A stretch of 64,000 bases of DNA from Malacoraja senta (lineage: Eukaryota), in the NCBI GenBank assembly GCA_038087875.1, contig CM075990.1, positions 4,838,001 through 4,902,000 on the forward strand, written 5' to 3'. A program made the translations under genes and the position numbers. The notes beneath the pieces were generated by a model that was given only the letters and a program-made list of their open reading frames with translations, searched no databases and had not been told where the DNA came from. Shown one piece after another: positions 51,389 to 64,000 of this stretch (the first letter of the stretch is position 1; every line of letters starts with the position of its first letter).

Positions 51389-51609
51389 GTGAGTACACGC
51401 AGACTGGCACCACCGTGTTAAAGAGTGGTGTTGGCAGCAAGCCAACACAGTCGCGTTTTTGTGCGCGTCTCCATGGTTTGTGGGAGATGTTGCTGAACTT
51501 TGAGCTAGCCAATGCAAAGTGTTTCAGGTGGTGGAATTGGAGCTGCTTCCCTACAGCCATTAGGCTATTAAACACTACAGCCTCAATTAAGCTCTGAACT
51601 ACATAGACT

Positions 51610-52274
51610 ATAGTAAGACTAAACGAGAACTTACCAGTTTGATGTTTGATCTTTATTTTATGAGGAGTTACGTTGGTGATTACGTGCAGAAGACCTGTCA
51701 GGGCACATGCGCATCAATCTTCAAAGCAGCGGTGTGAAATCACAAACAACAAGAACGAAGTAATATAGTAACATAGGAAAAACGAGTAAATTTAGAACTT
51801 CCATCTGACCTTTATGAAAGAGGGTTGGGCGTGGTGGGCACGTAATCACCAACGTAACTCCTCATAAAATAAAGATCAAACTTCAAACTGGTAAATTCTC
51901 GTTTAATCTTACTATTTTACTTCGGAGTCACGTGAGTGACTACGTGAAGATTTTAAAGCTTTGTGATTTCATGCCACAGATACAAATCCTGGCTTCTCAC
52001 TGCATTGATTGACTCGGAACGAGAAATAATCAACAATGCATTAATAATGACATTTGCATGACTGTGCCTGTGGAAAAAATCCCCACAGACCCACAGCAAA
52101 CATACCCAGAAACTTCTGAATTTTTTTTCTTACCTTGTAGTTCAAAACTACATTTCCACTAGAGGAGCACTGCTCCTCACGTTTGTTCGCGCCAATGCGT
52201 CTGACGTAATGACGCGCAGGCGCCCTGACGGGTCTTCTTCACGTAGTCACTCATGTGACTCCGAAGTAAAATAG
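51610..52274 (-). mobile_element. Non-autonomous DIRS1-type element (ITRs + internal complementary region)
   Basis: 51838-51950 is complementary to both outer ends joined together; inner parts of the ends are inverted repeats; ATAG at both boundaries. Confidence 0.85.
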
Positions 52275-52297
52275 TTATTATTGCACTATTATTGTTT

Positions 52298-52643
52298 TGT
52301 GTGCATGTGCGTGCGTGCGTGCGTGTGTATGTATGTGTGTGGTTTGTGTGTGTATGTATGTGTGTGGTGTGCATGTGCGTGCGTGCGTGTGGTGTGTGTG
52401 TCGTGTGTGTGTGTGTGTATGTATGTGTGTGGTTTGTGTGTGTATGTATGTGTTCATGTGTGTGCGTGCGTGGTGTGTGTGTTGTGTGTGTGTGTGTGTG
52501 TGTATGTATATGTGTGTGGTTTGTGTGTGTATGTATGTGTGTGGTGTGCATGTGCGTGCGTGCGTGTGGTGTGTGTGTATGTATGTGTGTGGTTTGTGTG
52601 TGTATGTATGTGTTCATGTGTGTGCGTGCGTGTGGTGTGTGTG

Positions 52644-52676
<33 letters not shown>

Positions 52677-52820
52677 TGGTTTGTGTGTGTATGTATGTGT
52701 GTGGTGTGCATGTGCGTGCGTGCGTGTGGTGTGTGTGTATGTATGTGTGTGGTTTGTGTGTGTATGTATGTGTGTGGTTTGTGTGTGTATGTATGTGTGT
52801 GGTGTGCATGTGCGTGTGTA
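52298..52820. repeat. Compound (TG)-rich microsatellite with higher-order repeats
   Basis: Recurrent block gtatgtatgtgtgtggtttgtgtgt / gtgcatgtgcgtgcgtgcg. Confidence 0.95.
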
Positions 52821-53790
52821 TTTTCTTACACATTTATTACATTGTTTACAGAGTACTATGTTAACATATCCTGTTGTGCTGCTCCAAGCAAGATTTCCAT
52901 TGTTCTATCTGGGACACATGACAACAAACCACTCTTGACTCTTGACTCTTGAACTAAATGGATGAATTTACATTCGCCAATGGTGTCCATTTCTCATTAA
53001 ATATCGGGTTTGGTTTGTGGAGATCTTTGAAGCGTTCTTTTCAGATGGTCGCTGATGGCTCGCTGTTCCTGGATGAACATTCCTCCGCTCTTGGTGGTGA
53101 CACAAGGAACTGCAGATTCTGATTTACAGAAAAGGACAAGAAACTGCTGGAGTAACTCAACGGGTCAGGCAGCATCCCTGGAGAACATGGATAGGTGATG
53201 TTTCGGGTCTGAAGAAGGGTCTCCACTCGAAACGTCACTTATCCGTGTTCTCCAGAGGAGCTGCCTGACCCATTGAGTTACTCCAGTAGTTTGTAATCTC
53301 ATGTAAAGTCAGCAGTGTTTATTGTTTGGGAATCCTTTCTCCAGGTACCTGCGCATTGGTCAGATCTTTTCCAGTACACTGTGCTTTCACCATCTTAATT
53401 ACAGCGCCAACCTTCCTGTTCATCGTTGTGTGTGTCTGTAACACATTCGCTTTGCACCGTGTGAATTTCCCCCCGCTTGCCCTGTCCCCCGCCTGCATAA
53501 CGGGTTGGTGAAAGAAGCTACTCTCCATGGCGGCTTCAGTCTGGCAATCAGAATGAAGCCGTGACTAGTTCCGAGAATGCGGGAACTACTCACGACCATG
53601 AAGGCGACTCCCCAGCAACCACCCGCGAACATGTGGCGACCATGTGGCGACCAAATAGTCTCCTGTAATCGCCTAAAAAGTCACCTAAGTGGGACAGGCC
53701 CATTACTTCAGCATTTTGTGTCTATCTTCGGTATAATCCAACATCTGCAGTTCCTTCCTACATGACTGGTTCTGTCTTTTTTACCTACAG

Positions 53791-53887
53791 GGTGTGGTAC
53801 CTGAGAATTGCCCAACACTACAACAATCCCTCGGGATGGTCCCCACTCTGAAGGAGTCAGTTTACACCAGCCACAGATTCTATGGAG
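53791..53887 (+). CDS. Threonine-dehydratase-like gene, exon 6
   Basis: ttttttacctacag acceptor, G|GTAAGC donor; GVVPENCPTLQQSLGMVPTLKESVYTSHRFYG. Confidence 0.85.
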
Positions 53888-54456
53888 GTAAGCAATATCC
53901 GATTTCGACACATCCTCTCCACATCCACTCTGTCCAGGTCTTTAACTATTCGGTAAGTTTCAATGAGGTCCCCCTCATCCTTCTAAACTGCAAATTTATT
54001 TCTTTAATGATCTATCCAGTCTAATCTTCAAACAGTTCCTGTTCCAATCCCTAATCCCTAATCCCTGGAGTTAATTCCATTGAGGTATCTCGCTGTATAA
54101 ATAATCCCTTTGCCTCCTGACAGATCGCAGAAGGAGAATTCTGCTCAATCAGCCTATTGAGATGATGCCGTGAGAACCTTTCTCACTAGGTTTAATCTCT
54201 ATGGGTGGAGCGTTTCCAATCTGCAAACAAAAATGGTTTGAATCAACAGTCCCAAAGCAGACATTCTAATAGACCCAAAGCTAAATATTTCTTCATTTCT
54301 GCTTGGGTGTGGTGCGTTATTGTTCATAGTCGTGACTTATAGTTGATGACAATATCAGCCCTATCGTCACATCTGTAAAGGTCCAGCAGTAAACTCATGT
54401 TATCTGGATTCTAATCCCCTATCTGTGCTACTAATTGGAATAGTCAGCATTTGAAA

Positions 54457-54965
54457 ATAGACAATAGACAATAGGTGCAGGAGTAGGCCATTCGGCCCTT
54501 CAAGCCAGCACAGCTATTCAATGTGATCATGATTGATCATCCCCAATCAGTACCCCGTTCCTGCCTTCTCCCCATATCCTCTGACTCCGCTATCTTTAAG
54601 AGCCCTATCTAGCTCTCTCTTGAAAGTATCCAGAGAACCGAGAGTTGTGAGTCTGAGGCAGAGAATTCCACAGACTCACAACTCTCTGTGAGGAAAAGGT
54701 GTTTTCTCGTCTCCTTTCTAAATGGCTTACCCCTTATTCTTAAACTGTGGCCCCTGGTTCTGGACTCCCCCAACATCGGGAACATGTTTCTTGCCTCTAG
54801 CGTGTCCAAACCCTTAACAATCTTATATGCTTCAATAAGATTCCCTCTCATCCTTCTAAACTCCAGAGAGTACAAGCCCAGCCGCTCCATTCTCTCAGCA
54901 TCCCGGGAATTAACCTTGTAAACCTACGCTGCACTCCCTCAATAGCAAGAATATCCTTCCTCAAA
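54457..54965 (-). mobile_element. CR1 LINE 3' fragment
   Basis: MERLGLYSLEFRRMRGNLIE...; (acaatag)n tail. Confidence 0.88.
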
Positions 54966-56623
54966 TGTGAAGACAGTTTGCTCCAACTAAATAGGTTATG
55001 GTGGTTTAGAGGTCAAATCTTGCCAAGGTGGAACTTCAAGATACCGCAGATGCTGGAATCTGAACAAAATGCACACTGCTGGAGAAACCCAGAGCTTCAG
55101 GCAGCATCTGTGGAGGGACGTTTTAGACAGATGACATTTTAGCTTGAGAGACAGATTTTGTCTTGGTTCAAATTCCTGTTCATTTGCCTGCCAGTTTCCC
55201 TCCACAGATGCCGCCTGGCCTGCTGAGTTTCTTCTGGAGATTGTTTTTTTTGCTGAAAGTAGACTTTGTCGGATGTCAGGATGGGTTTCTTCCCTCAGTG
55301 GACCCAAGGATGTTGATGCTGCGTTATTTAAATTCTATGTATTTATTTAAACCTATTTATTTAAATAGGCGATGATGATTTGATCTGATTCTGTCCACTA
55401 CCTTATGACATTAATCAGGGACCGATGGTGCCTCAGAACTTGTTTGGTCCCCTACAGGAGTTGAAGAGCAATATTATAGGCTGTTCCTCTCTAATGAAGA
55501 TCTACTTAGTTCCCTCTCCCAAGTGATTAAGTGTGTGAGATACAGTAAGGCAGTTTTTACACTGATTTAAACTTTAGACTTTACTTTAGAGATACAGCAT
55601 GGAAACAGGCCCTTCGCCCCACCGAGTGAGCACCGACCAGTGATCACCACGTACATTAACACTATCCCACACACTAGGGACAATTAACCTACAAACCTGC
55701 ACGTCTTTGGAATGTGGGAGGAAACCGGAGCACCCAGAGAAAACCCACGCAGTCACAGAGAGAACGTACTAACTCCGTACGGACAGCACCGGTAGTCAGG
55801 ATCGAACCCGGGACTCTAGTGCTGTAAGGCAGTAACTCTACCGCTGAGCCACTATGCTACCCTAAACAGAATCGAAAATTAAATAGATGCCCCCTGTAAA
55901 ACCTAGGTTATGAAATTCTCATTCTTGATTTTAAATCATTCCACAGGTTTCATAACCATTACAAGCTTTATAATCACACAAGGTTTTGTGTTCCCTCAGT
56001 TCTGGTCTCCTGTGTAGCTCCTGTCACAATCAGCCCACTGTCGGTGGTTTTGCTGAGGTTACATACTCTGCCCATATTCTCCAGAGATGCTGTCTGAGTT
56101 CCACCAGCACTTTGTGTCGTTTTGTTTTGTAAACCAGCGTCTGCAGTTCCTTGTGTCTATTCTCCGGTAATCCCAAGTGTTGATTTTTTGCCTCTGTCTC
56201 CTTGCTTCTTTTAGGTCACTCCTTAAAAACCTAGAACCTAGTTCTGTCCTGGCAACTCCTCCCCCTTACCTTACCTTACAATGCCATGTACGACAGTGAT
56301 CGCAACTGCTACTGAAGTGTGGATGGCCGTTGGCTCGCTAGGAGCTCATCCGCCCTTTGACAGGTCCTGGGGTCCACAGCCCCCTCCTCACCTGGCAAAC
56401 CAGGCGGGGGAGACGGTTTAGTCGCCGACTATCCGACCATGGAGCAGGTAGCATGGGATTACATGGTGCCCGTGGCGGGGGGAACTCCCCCCGACCTGAC
56501 ATGCAATCTTGCAATGCTATATAAATGCAAACTTTTGTTATTGTTGTCTTCACCAGTGACCAAGATTATTAGTGTTACTTGCTCAGAGTGCATCAAGAGT
56601 AAATCTGTCTCTTTATGTCACAG

Positions 56624-56699
56624 AATTGTTCAACTCTTCTTTTGGCAGCAACACTTGTCAGATGAGTGAGGAACTAATAGATAAAGTTGTTACAGTTAA
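56624..56699 (+). CDS. Threonine-dehydratase-like gene, exon 7
   Basis: tgtcacag acceptor, AA|GTAAGT donor; phase 1 to phase 2 bridges exons 6 and 8; LFNSSFGSNTCQMSEELIDKVVTV. Confidence 0.85.
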
Positions 56700-56744
56700 G
56701 TAAGTATCACTTCTATATGGGACTATTCTTTGTAATTATTCATC

Positions 56745-57710
56745 AAGTCAAGTCACATTTATTTATATAGCACATTTAAAAAACAACTCTCATTGGCCAA
56801 AGTGCTTTATATTTGTTATAAGAATAATATAAACAAACAAACTACATACATATATACATATAGCCCTCGCGCAGAGGACCGCAAGAAAGGCTTGGGAGTA
56901 TAGATACATTTTTAGTCTTGACTTAAAGGAGTCGATAGAGGGGGCAGTTCTGATGGGAAGGGGGATGCTGTTCCACAGTCTAGGAGCTGCAACCGCAAAG
57001 GCGCGGTCGCCCCTGAGATATTCAGCAACCCCAAGTCGGCCGATCTGAGGGACCTGGAGGTGGAGTGGTGGGTGAGAAGACTTTTAATGTAGGTGGGGGA
57101 AAGCCCATTGAGGGCTTTGTAGACATAGAGGAGGATCTTGAAATGTATACGGCACCACACAGGGAGCCAGTGGAGAGAGGCCAGGATCGGGATGATGTGG
57201 TCCCTTTTTCGGGTGCCCGTCAGGAGTCTCGCTGCGGCGTTTTGGACCAGTTGCAGGCGGGACAGGGAAGATTGGCTAATGCCAGTGTAAAGGGAGTTGC
57301 AGTAATCTAGGCGAGAGGACATAAATGTGTGGATAATCTTTTCGAGGTCATCAAAGTGGAGGAATTGTTTTATTTTAGCTATCGTCCGAAGCTGAAAGAA
57401 GCTAGCTTTTACAACGGCATTGACTTGTTTGTCATATTTCAGTGCTGAGTCAAATATCACGCCAAGGTTTTTGATGTGAGGTTTGAGTAGTGGGGTAAGG
57501 CTTCCAAGGCTGCCTGCTATCATTTTGATTGAGTCCGAGGGGCCGAGAAGGATGACCTCAGACTTACTCTCGTTTAGTTGGAGGAAGTTCTGGGCCATCC
57601 AACACTTTATATCCTTGAGGCAGCGGGTAAGGTTAAGCAGATTTGATTGGTTTTGGGCTTCAGGGGGAGATAGAGTTGTGTATCGTCTGCATAGCAATGG
57701 AAGGAAATGC
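56745..57710 (-). mobile_element. L2 LINE 3' fragment
   Basis: CLKDIKCWMAQNFLQLNESKSE, SRLDYCNSL, LASLHWLPV. Confidence 0.9.
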
Positions 57711-57767
57711 CGGAAGGAAATTCATATGAAGGACAAGACTTTCATATCTTGCCATATCCAATAAATT

Positions 57768-58080
57768 GGCGGTCATGGTGGCGCAGCGGTAGAGTTGCTG
57801 CCTTACAGCGAATGCAGTGCTGGCGACTCAGGTTTGATCCTGACTACAGGTGCTGTCTGTACGGAGTTTGTACGTTCTCCCCGTGATCTGCGTGGGTTTT
57901 CTCCAAGATCTTCGGTTTCCTCCCACGCTCCAAAGGTTTGTATGTTAATTGGCTTGGTAAATATAAAAATTGACCCTAGTGGGTGTAGGATAGTGTTAAT
58001 GTGTAGGGATCGCTGGTCGGCACGGACCCGGTGGGCCGAAGGGCCTGTTTCTGCGCTGTATCTCTAAACTAAACTAAATT
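57768..58080 (+). mobile_element. tRNA-derived SINE (HE1/V-SINE type)
   Basis: A/B boxes, GGAGTTTGTACGTTCTCCCCGTG core, (ctaaa)n tail. Confidence 0.82.
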
Positions 58081-59041
58081 AAATCATCTCTTTATAATAG
58101 CCAAATATGCATCCATGCCATACTGATAACACCCTAAACTAGGTATTCTTGATAACCCTCCCACTTGTGCTGCCATATAAACTCCCACTTCTTCCCCACC
58201 CCCCTCCCCTATGCCCCACCTGGACTTGCATCTATTTCTCACCTCCTCCTCTGCTTCCACCTACATTTCTTCCTCTAGCTTCACAATTCACAACAACTCA
58301 ATCCTTTTATCTCACACCTTCTGTCTTTTCATCTCTGGCCTTTATCCAACCATCTGCCCATCAGATAACCAACCCCCTTACCTATGTCGGCCTATTACCC
58401 ACCATGTTCTATCCTGCCACTCCTCTTTTCCAGCTTTCTTCCCCCCCCCGTACAATCAGTCTGAAGAAGGTGCCCACCCGAAATGTTGTTTATCCATGTT
58501 GACACAGTTGACACAGTGAAAATCTTTGTTTTGCAAGCTATCCAGGCAAATCATACCATGCATGAGTGCATCAAGTAGTTAAAAAGAAATATCAGTTAAA
58601 AAGAGATCTGTTAATCAGAAAAATGAGTGCAAAATATAGTATTACAGCTATAGAGAAAGTGCAGGTAAGAAAAAAATGCAATGTGGTAGATTGGAAGATC
58701 ATCCAGGATCATAAGGAATTCAGTCCTAGCACAGTGAAGAAGATGCTGTTCTTGAATCTGGTGGTAGGTGCTTTCATGTTTTTGTATCATCTGCCCGAAT
58801 GGGAGAGGGGAGAAGAGAGAATTACCTTGGTGTGTGTGTGTGAGGTCCATGATTATGGCTGATTTCTTCAGGTGGTGTGTAGATGGAGATGGAGTTACAG
58901 AAGGGAGGGTAGGAGTCAGGACACTTCTTCAGACTGAGGAAAATGAGAGGAAATGGGAGAAAAAGACGAATTGTCTTGATGAAGCCACATGGCGGCTGCT
59001 CTCCTCCTCCACATTGTGAATGTTTGCATGTTCCCCCTCAG

Positions 59042-59167
59042 GGAAGCAGACATCCTGGTCTCCATGCTTCGCCTCATGGAGTACGAGAGGGCCACTGTGG
59101 ACGCGACGGGAGCAATTGGCCTGGCTGCTGTCATTGCCGGGAAACTACCCGAACTCAAAGGGAAGAG
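59042..59167 (+). CDS. Threonine-dehydratase-like gene, exon 8 (gene continues downstream)
   Basis: ttccccctcag acceptor, AG|GTAAGG donor; EADILVSMLRLMEYERATVDATGAIGLAAVIAGKLPELKGK. Confidence 0.92.
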
Positions 59168-59214
59168 GTAAGGGCTTTCTCAGAACCGAGGTTCAGGTCT
59201 ATTGATGATGTTGT

Positions 59215-60000
59215 TGTGACCAGCAACACATTGATGCCATGTGTTACACACGGCCACTGACACATTGATGCTACATGTTACACACAGCCATTGAAATATT
59301 GATGCTATGTGATATTGTACACAGCCACTGACACATTAGTGCTATGTGTTACACATGACCATGTTACACATACATTGATGCTGTATATTACACACGAGCA
59401 TTGAGACATTGTTGCTGTATGATGTTACACACATCCACTGCATGTTACATACTATCACCCTCCTCACCGGTAACCACCTATCACTTACCAGGTGTTGGCT
59501 TGCCCCTCCTCTCTTCCATATTCCAATCTCCCCCCTCCACCACTATCAGTCTAAAAAAGGGTCCCAACCCGAAATGTCACCTATTCAGTCTGAAAAAGGG
59601 CCCCGACCCAAAAAGTTACCTATCTATGTTCTACATGGATGCTGCCTGACTCGCTGAGTTACCCAAGCACTTTGGGCCCTATTTTGTAAACCAGAAACTG
59701 CAGTTCTTTGTATTACCATTGAAACATTAATGCTTTATGTTACACACCACCTTCGAAACGTTGATGTTATATGTAACAAACCACCATTGAAACATTATTG
59801 TTACATATCACACATTGCCACTGAAACATGGTTGCAATATATCACACAGCACTGCTGAAACACTGTTGCAGTCTATCACACTCCACCACTGAAACATTGT
59901 TCCTATATAGCAGACACCACCATTAAAACATTGTTGCTATATAGCAGACACCACCATTAAAACATTGTTGCTATATATTGTACACCACCATTGAAATACC
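59215..60000. repeat. Degenerate ~34-bp minisatellite interrupted by a Penelope tail (~59455-59710)
   Basis: Unit like cagacaccaccattaaaacattgttgctatatag (59911-59978). Confidence 0.8.
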
Positions 60001-63000
60001 TGAATTATTGGCACAGAACACAACCCAGGTCTTCTTTCCACAACATAACCACTGAATCAGAGTATTATGGAATATTACAAGATGCTAAAGGCTACAATGT
60101 GTCAGCTCTTTGTAAGAGCCATGCTGTTCGTCAAGCTCCCCTGCACTTTCCCTGTAACCCTGCATTTCCTTTCCTCATTAAACAAGTATCCAGTTTCCTT
60201 TTGGAAGAGTGAGCCTCTTCGCTCATAACTCTGCTGCTGGAGATGGCACGTTGCTGAGTCAAATGAAACATAATGTCACAGCCATCATTCTGGCCGGCAG
60301 ATTTGGCATCTGTAATTGTGTTTTTGTAAGTTCTTTCTTAAACGGAACCCATTGATGATTATTTTTCCTCATGTGGCGCTAGCTCTCACGTTTCCCTTCG
60401 ACGGCAGTCTGTGGGTCGCAGGTTGAGTGTGGGCCAGTGTGGAATAAACTTTAGAGATTTTAGAGAGCCCACTGACTCTGCACTGACCAGTGATCACCCT
60501 GTACACACCAGGGGCAATTTACAATTTTTACTGAGGCCAATGAACTTACAAACCTGCACGTCTTTGGAGCGTGCGAGGAAACCGGAGCACCCAGGGGAAA
60601 CCTACGCGTTCACTGGGAGGAAATAAAAACTCCGTACACGCAGCACCTGTAGTCAGGATTGAACCCGGGTCTCTGGCGCTGTAAGGCAGCTACTCTACCG
60701 CTGCGCCACTGGGTCGCCCGTGAAGGAACACCATCAGAATTGAGTTAGAAGGAAGTCAGGCACTGGAGTCAAGTCAGAGTACTGAAGAGATGATAAAATG
60801 TGTGCAATGCAAAATGGTGGGGGCAGGGTGAGGAAGAGGGGAGCTGAGAGAAGATACGAAACAGAGCAGAAATGGGCTATCGATGCAGTATTTGCCAGTG
60901 TGTGGCATTGATAACCCCCGGTAAACTGAAGATAAATGGAGATTGGGGTCACTGTTGTCTGAAATAATATTTAGCACAGAAGAAGAGTATGCTTCTTAGA
61001 AACCAATCGCCTTTGACCTAATCATCCCGACAAGATGGAAAATGAAAATCCCACCAAACCTGGAGACAGATTTCCCAACAGGCAAGGACACACACAGAAA
61101 TGTGCCCAAAAATATCTCAAATCCACAGGGAGACAATGTTTGATTACACAATACTATTTTTTATGTTGGTATATTATTTTTCTTTTGTGTATCATTTACA
61201 TGAGATGATGCCACAGCATTCACCAAGACTATTGTGGTGGTGCCTTCCAAACCTGTATCCAGGATCTCCCATTAATATTCAGAACACGTGCTGAACATAT
61301 TCAGCAATTCAGGCATCTGGAGAGTAAAACAGATGTCAATTTTCAGATCCATGACCTCCCATCAACCTGCACAGGCACTCCCCGACTTACAGAAAAGGCA
61401 ACTTACGTAAATGTGCACATACGTAAGCAATTGTTTAAGTCGACGTGGTCTCAGCCTCAGAGCTCCTCCCATGGCCTCCGGCCTGGAGCTATACGTCTTC
61501 AATCAACGAAACCACAGCAACGTTTGCTTTCTCGGGACATGCCTGTGCCTCCATCTTGTACCTCATGGCTTCCAGCTCCAGTTCCCTACCTCCCAGTTCG
61601 GACCCAAGCCGGACTATCGATACCGCCATACACAGCAATTCTCCTTCCGGGCACTGAGATCTTCTCTAGCTGCGATACGCCGGCACCAGCAGGACCTGTT
61701 TTGACTCTACCGAAACTTCGGGCTTCACTCACCCAGACCTGCAATGGACCCCAACTCTACTTCATCCTCCGGAAGATCCACATCTTCAATCAACGATTGG
61801 AGGAGCAGCACCTCATATTTTGCTTGGGCAGTTTATACCCCAGCGGCATGAATATTGACTCCTCCAATTTCCCGTAGCCCTTATTGTCTCCTGCGCTTCT
61901 CAGCTCTCCCTTAGCCATCTGGCTCCTCCTCTTCCTCCCCCCCCCCCACCCTACATCAGTCTGAAGAAGGGTTTTGGCCCGAAACGTTGCCTATTTCCTT
62001 CGCTCCATAGGTGCTGCCTCACCCGCTGAGTTTCTCCAGCACTTTTGTCTGTTTTCACTTTGGAGCTCCACCCGGGGTCTCCACTTCAGAGCTCCCCCCA
62101 CGGTCTCTGACTTGGAGCTCCCCCCACGATCTCAACCTCTGAGCTCCTCCCACGGTCGTGCCTTGGAGCTCCACGTGGTCTCCGCTTCGAATAGTATATT
62201 TACAGGTGTGCAGTAGCCCTTCAGTTTCCGACTTAGTAAAATCCAACTTAGGCAAGGGTCAGCGGGATGTAACCCTTACGTAAATCAGGGAATGTCTGTA
62301 TTGTTAACTCTGATTTTCACGTCACTGTTTTTCCTTATCTATTTCATTATTTTGCTCTGAGATGCTGCTTTAAACTGAAAACAGACACAAAATACTGGAG
62401 TAACAGTGGAAGAGGCAGCATCTCTGGAGTCTGAAGAAGGGTCTCAACCCAAAATGTCACCCATTCCATCTCTCCAGAGATGCTGCCTGACCCGCTGAGT
62501 TACTCCAGCATTTTATTTAGCTTAGTTTAGTTTAGTGTATTTATTGTCACGTGTACCGAGGTACAGTGAAAAGTACATAATTACTGTGTCATTTTCCTTG
62601 CAGTCTGTATATAGGTCCATCGCGAGATCTCAGCTTCTATACTGCATGCCTTGCGATAAAGTCTAGAGTTTCATGAGGTTTCCTCACATCTTGCCTTAAT
62701 ATTCTGAGAAGCAATAACTCAAATCCCACGGCCTTTCCCCATCACCAGGACTCCTTCCGTCCACGTCGTTATTTTGCCCATCACCTCCGACTCGCTGACA
62801 TGAAGTAATGTTGAGATCACGGGACAACCAGCTGGCAAGCTGCTTCTGGGAGGTTTGGTTTTACGCAGCAGCATGAGTTGGAAGCAGCTGGATTTTTGTT
62901 AGAGAGTGCGCGAGCGTTTTGAAATTCCCTTTCTGTAAGTGGAGATAGGGCTTCATCTCTACACACTACTGTACCCTAGCCTGGTACAGGATTGAGAAAA

Positions 63001-63589
63001 ATACATCGCCTGTGACAGGCTCCACTGCAACAACCAAGAAACCACACCAATGCCTCGACTTCCTTCGAAGGATGAGGAAGTTCGGCATGTCCCAATAGAC
63101 AATAGACAATAGGTGCAGGAGTAGGCCATTCGGCCCTTCGAGCCAGCACCACCATCCAATATGATTATGGCTGATTATCCACAATCAGTACCCCGTTCCT
63201 GCCTTCTCCCCATATCCACTGACTCCACTATCTTTAAGAGCCCTATCTAGCTCTCTCTTGAAAGTTTCCAGATAACCGGCCTCCACTGCCCTCTGAGGCA
63301 AAGATTTCCACAGACTCGCAACTCTCTGTGTGAAAAAGTGTTTCCTCATCTCCGTTCTAAATGGCTTACCCCTTACTCTTAAACTGTGGCCCCTGGTCCC
63401 CTACAACTCCCACCAACTTCTACAGATACACCGTAGAAAGCATTTTATCGGGATGCATCACAGCTTGGTTTGGGAACAGCTCCATCCAAGACTGCAAGGA
63501 TTTGCAGTGAATTGTTGATACAGCCCAGACCATCACACAAACCAACCTCCCTTCTATTGAGGAAAGAACTACATAGGTAGGGAGGGATT

Positions 63590-64000
63590 GGACCAATAGG
63601 GTATGTTGAACAATCCCTGTTCCAGGCGTACACTGGCCCTCTCCCCGAACTCTACCTCCGCTACATTGATGACTGCATCGGTGCTGCCTCCTGCACCCAT
63701 GCAGAACTCACTGACTTCATCAACTTCACCACTAATTTCCATCCTGCACTCAAATTCACTTGGACCATCTTCGACATCTCCCTACCGTTTCTGAATCTCA
63801 CCGTCTCCATCACAGGAGGCAGACTATTGACCGACATCTACTACAAACCTACTGACTCCCATAGCTATCTAGACTACACTACTTCCCACCCTGTTTCCTG
63901 TAAAGTCCTCTATTCCCAATTCCTCCATCTACACCGCATCTGCGCCCAGGATGAGGTTTTCCATACTAGATCATCGGAGATGTCCTCATTCTTTAGGAAA
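63590..64000 (+). mobile_element. Penelope RT fragment running off the window
   Basis: ELYLRYIDDCIG...YYKPTDSHSYLDY; parallels 15045-15450. Confidence 0.88.

Noticed and set aside
52177..52952. Long His/Thr- and Cys/Val-rich ORFs
   Set aside because: Translations of the TG microsatellite, open in several frames
59215..60000. CRISPR-like periodicity
   Set aside because: Contiguous degenerate units without unique spacers, vertebrate context, no cas genes
62604..62680. Acceptor-like ttttccttgcag as candidate exon 9
   Set aside because: The required phase gives no dehydratase-like sequence and stops after ~24 codons

Overview
Eukaryotic, repeat-dense vertebrate DNA. The repeat set (HE1/V-SINE-type tRNA SINEs, CR1, Rex1/Babar-like, L2, Tx1, Penelope) points to a cartilaginous fish, probably a skate or ray (inference). 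One protein-coding gene can be reconstructed by hand: eight phase-consistent + strand exons (41168-59167, 421 codons, 3' end apparently beyond the window) encoding a threonine-dehydratase-like, fold-type II PLP protein. It keeps the Schiff-base Lys but has degenerate substrate and phosphate loops. A CpG-island promoter and probable non-coding first exon of a leftward gene lie at about 8.6-9.45 kb. Notable mobile DNA: a CR1 with intact ORF2, a decayed Penelope with hammerhead-like tails, many fold-back mini-insertions derived from those tails, several PIF/Harbinger MITEs, a P-like MITE, an LTR with a tRNA-Leu PBS, and a ~665 bp non-autonomous DIRS1-type element with ITR/ICR architecture and a visible 4-bp crossover core. 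Most short ORFs in the supplied track are repeat noise. Repeat boundaries are approximate unless TIRs/TSDs are quoted.
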